Of a DNA stretch of 64,000 bases, positions 58,718 to 64,000 are shown piece after piece (the stretch's first letter is position 1; every line of letters begins with the position of its first letter). Where the stretch lies: positions 223,513-287,512 of the forward strand of contig JACPAF010000001.1 of NCBI GenBank assembly GCA_016180965.1, read 5' to 3'. Source of the DNA: Candidatus Aenigmatarchaeota archaeon (GTDB lineage: Archaea > Aenigmatarchaeota > Aenigmatarchaeia > JACPZZ01). The position numbers were made by a program, and so were the translations under genes. The notes under the pieces are model-generated. The model ran no database searches, was not told the origin of the DNA, and worked only from the letters and a program-made list of their open reading frames with translations.

Positions 58718-59179
58718 TTGAAGGGATTGAATTTGAACAGAAAGGGTTTGTCTCCATTAATAGCGTCCGTACTTCTGGTTGCGTTCACCATGGCAGTCGG
58801 GGCCATCATAATAAACTGGATCACAGGTTTTACACAGCAGCAGACTACGGGTTATTCTGTTCTTACGATTGACAATTCCGAAGTTAATGTTGTGGGCAGT
58901 GTGATTAACGTAACTGTTACGTATGCCGGCGGGACTGAGATATTGAATATTACAGGATTCAGCGTGCGCGATGCGAATGGGGTTACGTATACGAATGCGA
59001 CAATACTGACAAACCTTGCTGCCAATGAAACGAGGAACTGGGCTGTTGGAACTCAGAACAAATTTGTTAATTATATATTGACTGGTACCGTACCTGCAGG
59101 TGTGGCTTGGAGCGAGTTGCGCGTGACAGGATTATGCCAAAGCCAATATGCGGTTACCGGCGTAACGAGACCGTCTTAA
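58718..59179 (+). CDS. Archaeal type IV pilin (apparent in-frame internal deletion)
   Basis: RKG|LSPLIASVLL; lacks the ~12-aa Cys-containing segment seen in paralogs. Confidence 0.85.
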   Translation: MKGLNLNRKGLSPLIASVLLVAFTMAVGAIIINWITGFTQQQTTGYSVLTIDNSEVNVVGSVINVTVTYAGGTEILNITGFSVRDANGVTYTNATILTNLAANETRNWAVGTQNKFVNYILTGTVPAGVAWSELRVTGLCQSQYAVTGVTRPS

Positions 59180-59188
59180 ACACTAAAA

Positions 59189-59701
59189 ATGATATTTATG
59201 GGCTCAGATTTTAAAGATATTTTGAACAGAAAACAGAAAGGTTTGTCACCTCTGATAGCTTCGGTGCTTCTGATAGGGTTTACAATGGCCGTTGCTGCCA
59301 TATTGGTCGTTTGGATTACAGGCTTCACGCAACAACAAACTACAACAGTAGGGCAACGCGCTGATTTGCAGACTAAATGCAGCTATTCAAGTTTCACGGT
59401 ACCAAGAAATGATGTTGCAGTTGTTGCTAACACATTGAACGTTACTGTGATATACTCAGCCGGTTCGGAAGTGTTGAACATAACTGGGTTTGAAGTGCGC
59501 GATACAAACGGTATATCATACGTGAACATAACTATCGTAAACGGCAGTGCGGTACAAAACCTCGCTGTGGGCTCTGTGACCAAATTTAGTAATTACATAC
59601 TCAGTGGTTCGCTGCCAGGCGGAGTTTCATGGAGCAGGGTCCGCGTTACTGCATTATGCCAGAACCAGTACACGGTTGTCGGCTCAATTTCATCTGCATA
59701 A
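59189..59701 (+). CDS. Archaeal type IV pilin
   Basis: QKG|LSPLIASVLL; two Cys; several N-x-S/T sequons. Confidence 0.9.
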   Translation: MIFMGSDFKDILNRKQKGLSPLIASVLLIGFTMAVAAILVVWITGFTQQQTTTVGQRADLQTKCSYSSFTVPRNDVAVVANTLNVTVIYSAGSEVLNITGFEVRDTNGISYVNITIVNGSAVQNLAVGSVTKFSNYILSGSLPGGVSWSRVRVTALCQNQYTVVGSISSA

Positions 59702-59749
59702 ATTTTCCAACCCTATTTATTTAACAGCCGAAGAACAAATTACATTGTT

Positions 59750-60183
59750 ATGAAACATTTGAAAGGCCTTTCTCCATTAATAGCGTCCGTACTTCTGGTT
59801 GCGTTCACCATGGCAGTCGGGGCCATCATAATAAACTGGATCACAGGTTTTACACAGCAGCAGACTACGCGCTTTACGTCTCACGCACAGACGTTTCCGT
59901 AATTGGGAATACGGTTAATCTGACTGTCACATATACCGCGGGCACGGAAATCCTCAATATAACTGGGATAGAAGTGCGTGACGCGAACGGCATTTCCTAT
60001 GTCAACGTCACCATACCAAACACAGATAATGCCACTAGAAATATCGGTTTGGGATCGGTGAATAAATTAACGAATTACATACTCAGCGGTACGTTGCCGG
60101 GTGGAGTTTCATGGAACCGCGTTCGTGTGACTGCGTTGTGCCAGAACCAAGTGGCGATTTTGGGCCTTACGCAGCCGTCTTAA
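59750..60183 (+). pseudogene. Archaeal type IV pilin, frameshifted near 59870 (possibly assembly error)
   Basis: MKHLKG|LSPLIASVLL...QQQTT, then LYVSRTDVSV...VRDANG...ALCQNQ in another frame. Confidence 0.75.
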
Positions 60184-60230
60184 ACAAATTTATTGCCAAT
60201 CGGATAAAATAATTGATAAGGAATGATAAA

Positions 60231-60695
60231 ATGGAAAGAAAAGGTGTGTCTCCGCTCATTGCAACAGTCCTTTTGATCGCGTTTACAATGGCAGTCGCAA
60301 TAATATTGAGCAACTGGGTTTTGGATTATTCGCGCACACAGACGCAAATACTCAACGAAAAGGGTTCCAAACAAGTTGGATGCTCATCGGCGTGGCTGGC
60401 GTTCCAGGGCCCGGTTTACAATTCGACGCAAAAAAGATTTTCAGTTGAAATAATCAACCAAGGAAATGTCCCGCTCGGAGATTTCAAGATGATAGTCATT
60501 TATAACAACGGCACAAGTTCGGAATACCAGATAGCGCCGGTCAATCTCAGTTTATCACCGGGCACGCCCGCAGCTATCAGCAACACAAGCGTTGACAGCG
60601 TGGCGATAACGAGGGTTAGGATACCTCACAACTGCAGCGGCTCCAACTCCGCCTCGACTGCGACTATGGAGTCCGCGGACATAAAAGTTGCGTGA
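60231..60695 (+). CDS. Archaeal type IV pilin
   Basis: RKG|VSPLIATVLLI. Confidence 0.9.
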   Translation: MERKGVSPLIATVLLIAFTMAVAIILSNWVLDYSRTQTQILNEKGSKQVGCSSAWLAFQGPVYNSTQKRFSVEIINQGNVPLGDFKMIVIYNNGTSSEYQIAPVNLSLSPGTPAAISNTSVDSVAITRVRIPHNCSGSNSASTATMESADIKVA

Positions 60696-60743
60696 TCCGG
60701 TGTAATTTTTAAATTGCTGCGATGTTATTTTTTAGCTGGTTAT

Positions 60744-62021
60744 ATGGAAACTGAATACGATGTTATAGTCGTCGGCGGCGGGCCTGCCGGCTCTTCTTGT
60801 GCGGCGCTTCTTGGGCGCGACGGCATAAAAACTTTGCTAGTCGACAAAGCTTCATTCCCGCGCGACAAGACATGCGGTGACGAAATAAGCGATAAATGCG
60901 CCGATATACTAAGGGACATCGGGGTGGAGGAAGAAGTAAAAAAATTGCAGCATTCCATGATTTACGGCCTAGTTTCGTCTTCGCCGTCGGGCATACAAAT
61001 TGAAACTTCCGAAAGTTCGGGGTTCCACCAGTATGTTTGCAAGCGGGAGATATTTGATAATGTAATTTTTGAACAGGCGAAAAAAAAATCCGAGGCCATG
61101 GAGAATTTCACAGTCACGGATTTGATCATGGACGGTTTTAAAGTTGCGGGCGTCAAAGGCGTAAAAAAGAACGGAAATGAAATCGAGTTGCGCGCAAAAA
61201 TCGTGGTCGGAGCAGACGGCGCGACTTCAATTGTTGCGCGCAAGCTTGGGCTGAACAATTTTGATACTAAAAAATCACATGTTGCAATACGCGCATATTA
61301 TGAAAATGTCGACATGAACCCAGGGCGTATGGAGATACATTTTCTTGACGAATGCATGCCGGGATATTTCTGGATATTTCCTGTGGGGAATAACATGTGC
61401 AATGTCGGATTGGGTATGTTGGCGTCGGAGATACAGGAACGGAGATTAAACCTTAAAATACTCCTTGACTTGGCAATAAAAAATTCCAGGATTTCCTACA
61501 AATTCAAAAACGCAAAACAAATTTCGGAAATAAAAGGCTGGAACCTGCCGACGGGCGCACAAAAAAGGAAACGCGCAGGCGACGGATTTATTTTAATCGG
61601 GGATGCAGCTTCTTTGATAGACCCGCTTACAGGCGGAGGAGTCGGCAACGGAGTAGTTAGCGCGAAAATCGCCGCAGACACAATAAAAAAATCATTGGCA
61701 TCAAATGATTTTTCTTACAATATTCTTTCGGAGTATGAAAAAAATTTAGATAAAAAAATGGAGGGAGAGTTCAAGGAACGGTACAGGATAATGAAACTGA
61801 TGAGCGACATAAATGTTGTGAATTCCGTTTTCGAGGCGTTTGACGGGAAAAATTACCTGGTGGAACAGGTGTTTAAAAATTTTGTGCATACGGGAGGAAC
61901 GAAAAAGCCGGGCATACCGCTGAAGTTTTATTTTGCCGTCCTTCTTAAGCTTGTTTCCAAATTTTTGGGACTAAATAAAAATCACACGACAATTGCGCCG
62001 GCTGCCACCCAAGCCCCGTAG
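60744..62021 (+). CDS. Geranylgeranyl reductase family FAD-dependent oxidoreductase
   Basis: GGGPAGS, PRDKTCG, GADG, GYFWIFP, GDAA..DPLTGGG. Confidence 0.88.
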   Translation: METEYDVIVVGGGPAGSSCAALLGRDGIKTLLVDKASFPRDKTCGDEISDKCADILRDIGVEEEVKKLQHSMIYGLVSSSPSGIQIETSESSGFHQYVCKREIFDNVIFEQAKKKSEAMENFTVTDLIMDGFKVAGVKGVKKNGNEIELRAKIVVGADGATSIVARKLGLNNFDTKKSHVAIRAYYENVDMNPGRMEIHFLDECMPGYFWIFPVGNNMCNVGLGMLASEIQERRLNLKILLDLAIKNSRISYKFKNAKQISEIKGWNLPTGAQKRKRAGDGFILIGDAASLIDPLTGGGVGNGVVSAKIAADTIKKSLASNDFSYNILSEYEKNLDKKMEGEFKERYRIMKLMSDINVVNSVFEAFDGKNYLVEQVFKNFVHTGGTKKPGIPLKFYFAVLLKLVSKFLGLNKNHTTIAPAATQAP

Positions 62022-62851
62022 CCTATTGAAACTAGAGCGACTGAGTGTTTGAACCCGCCGAAGAATGAGCCTTCCGCCATTTTACCTATTGCCAGACCTG
62101 AGAACCCGCCCTGGATAATTATCATTGCGGTGAACATCAGATCGTAAAGGTTTTTGTTCACGTCGCCCGATAATCCTCCCTCGAGCCCGCCACCTAAACC
62201 CGAAAGGGACGGTAACAAAAATTTCTGCAGTCCGATTAGTACGGCAAGAAAAACGAAAAATATAGTGTAACCTGTTATCATCTGTCCGTAAATATGCGAG
62301 GCGCGTTCGGATTTTATCCTGTTGACTTCGAGTATTGCGCCTGAAATGGCCTGCAGGACTTCTACAATATTGCCGCCGGAACGGTGGGTTTCTATAATTG
62401 TCGCGACAGTTCGCTTTATTAGAGGGGTTCCGACAGATTCCGAGAATGAGCGCAACACGTCGTCGAAAGGCACGCCCCAGTCCATTTGGGCAGACATTTG
62501 CCTCACATAGGAGTTTAGCTTATCATAATCGTGTTTTGATGCGGCTTTCATCGCTATGGGCAGTGTCATGCCTGCGCGCACTCCGTCCACGACATCGGTG
62601 ATGTAAAGCGGAAATTCGGTTTCTATAGCGCGCGCCCTGGAGTATTCCGAATAACTTATAGCCAGGGACGGGCCCAATGCGAGTAAAACAGCCAGGGATC
62701 CAAGCAGCTGGAAAATCACAGCGTCTTTTGCGAAATAAATCAGGTTTATCGCTGTGACTATCGTGGCGACTACCAGGGAACCTCCGATTATTGCCGTTTT
62801 CTTTTTGTTCCTTAATATCCAGTTTACAATGCCTTTTTTCTTCAATGCCAT
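61982..62851 (-). CDS. Type II secretion system F / TadC family protein
   Basis: EFP...AGMTLP, WGVPF, SGGNI, three C-terminal TM. Confidence 0.88.
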   Translation of the reverse strand: MALKKKGIVNWILRNKKKTAIIGGSLVVATIVTAINLIYFAKDAVIFQLLGSLAVLLALGPSLAISYSEYSRARAIETEFPLYITDVVDGVRAGMTLPIAMKAASKHDYDKLNSYVRQMSAQMDWGVPFDDVLRSFSESVGTPLIKRTVATIIETHRSGGNIVEVLQAISGAILEVNRIKSERASHIYGQMITGYTIFFVFLAVLIGLQKFLLPSLSGLGGGLEGGLSGDVNKNLYDLMFTAMIIIQGGFSGLAIGKMAEGSFFGGFKHSVALVSIGYGAWVAAGAIVV

Positions 62852-62853
62852 TT

Positions 62854-63729
62854 TTACACCTCCGGCTGGGTCATGTGGACGAATGCCAGGAACGCTATGT
62901 TTACCAGCGGAAGGGCCACGAAAATTCCCAGAACCATTATGCTTTCTATTGACGTGCCGCCCAATGCACCGCCTATCATGTTCATTACTGTCAATATCGA
63001 AACCAGGAATAACGGGGCTGCGATTAAAAGGGCGGTATAGAAGTCTGCGTAAGTAGCTAGAAGTTCCATGTATTTTTCCCTTCTTATGCGATAATCGAAT
63101 AAGGAGTCTTTCGCCTGGTCATTCAGGAATTTTTTCAAATCCCCTCCGGTTTCTATACCGGATCTTATGCCTTCCAAAAGCTGTTTGAAATTTTTTGAAG
63201 GAGTCCTTTCGGAAACTTGCTGCATTGAACTGGTTATGCTTAGGCCGAATGTGTCAACATTCCGGACAATTTTTTTTGCCTCGGTTGAAATTTCACCGTA
63301 CTCCTTGAATGTTGCCAGTAAGTTGAACATTACGTAAGTCGGCACGCCGGATGCGGCTATGGCGGCCATGTGGTTTAATGCGAAGGGAAGGTTTGCGTCT
63401 ATCGACCGTTTCCTTGATACCGATTTTTGGTACGGATAAAAAACCATGGCGAGGAAAGTCGACATTGTGAACAATGGGGGCAAGAGAACCGCGAACATTA
63501 CGACGTTTGAAATTTCCATTTTCAGTTCAATTGTCAAAATCCACAGAAGGACCAGTGAAAACAAACCCGCGCCCACGCCGACGGCCGCGGATATCGAGAC
63601 CCATGTTTTCAGCAGATAACGCATTCCCGACCGCTCCAGCCCGACTTTTACGGGCTGCAGTTCTTTTTCATATTTTTCAGGTATCCAGCCGAAAATTGAA
63701 GTGGCCAATGAAACCATGTTGCGAGCCAT
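62854..63729 (-). CDS. Type II secretion system F / TadB-TadC family protein
   Basis: IDANLPFAL, ASGV, YGEIS, TPS, TGGDL. Confidence 0.88.
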   Translation of the reverse strand: MARNMVSLATSIFGWIPEKYEKELQPVKVGLERSGMRYLLKTWVSISAAVGVGAGLFSLVLLWILTIELKMEISNVVMFAVLLPPLFTMSTFLAMVFYPYQKSVSRKRSIDANLPFALNHMAAIAASGVPTYVMFNLLATFKEYGEISTEAKKIVRNVDTFGLSITSSMQQVSERTPSKNFKQLLEGIRSGIETGGDLKKFLNDQAKDSLFDYRIRREKYMELLATYADFYTALLIAAPLFLVSILTVMNMIGGALGGTSIESIMVLGIFVALPLVNIAFLAFVHMTQPEV

Positions 63730-63796
63730 TGAGATCTGTATATTATAGTAGCTGTGACCGCTTAAAATCGCTTTTGCCGGACCGCTTGCGAAAAAA

Positions 63797-64000
63797 TTAC
63801 CTCATAACCGCTTCTTCCTGCGGGTATGTTACCAGGCCTTTGTCGGTGATTTCGTACGGGTGTATCTTTTTAGAATGGTTTGTGGCGCGCATTTTCCATA
63901 TAGTTATTGCGCGTGTGAAAGTGGTCTCGGTTTTGAAATAATAAAGCACTACAACGCTGTCGCTGATAAATTCTTCGACCCCGAAGCGTGAGATGCCGGT
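63797..64000 (-). CDS. KaiC/RAD55-like ATPase, C-terminal part (truncated by window edge)
   Basis: Manual translation SRFGVEEFISDSVVVL...RAITIWKMRATNHSKKIHPYEITDKGL. Confidence 0.85.
   Translation of the reverse strand, partial: TGISRFGVEEFISDSVVVLYYFKTETTFTRAITIWKMRATNHSKKIHPYEITDKGLVTYPQEEAVMR

Noticed and set aside
5625-59870. Programmed frameshifting or mRNA introns as a common cause of the broken ftsZ, fen and pilin genes
   Set aside because: All breaks are deletions of conserved sequence, with no inserted BHB intron or shared slippery site; assembly error is simpler

Overview
Archaeal DNA, most consistent with a DPANN genome (Aenigmarchaeota-like; inferred from gene content, not from a phylogeny). 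Housekeeping genes include rnz, trm56, pyrE, thrS, ftsZ, dph5, apgM, ogg, AMP phosphorylase and R15P isomerase, pcm, fen, EF-1beta, carS, pth2, pfdA, ftsY, srp54, pus10, rpl21e and rpoF. There are two tRNAs, one a tRNA-Gln(TTG) with three BHB introns. A ~29-kb accessory region (8.3-37.6 kb) holds 4-5 paralogous basic helical proteins, a nucleotidyltransferase-HEPN pair, a solo TnpB element, six tandem paralogous membrane proteins, coiled-coil proteins, a large type IV pilus/secretion ATPase, a double-length TadC platform and ~15 pilin-like, often Cys-rich proteins including a 905-aa one. This is the best candidate for an undescribed host-contact or secretion system. A second pilin/TadC/KaiC-like locus lies at the right end. 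A family of ~40-bp asymmetric palindromes recurs inside other hairpins (a tRNA intron, the IS left end, and each other, up to three deep). Short deletions in ftsZ, fen and two pilin genes are probably assembly errors. All calls come from reading motifs by eye; no database searches were run.
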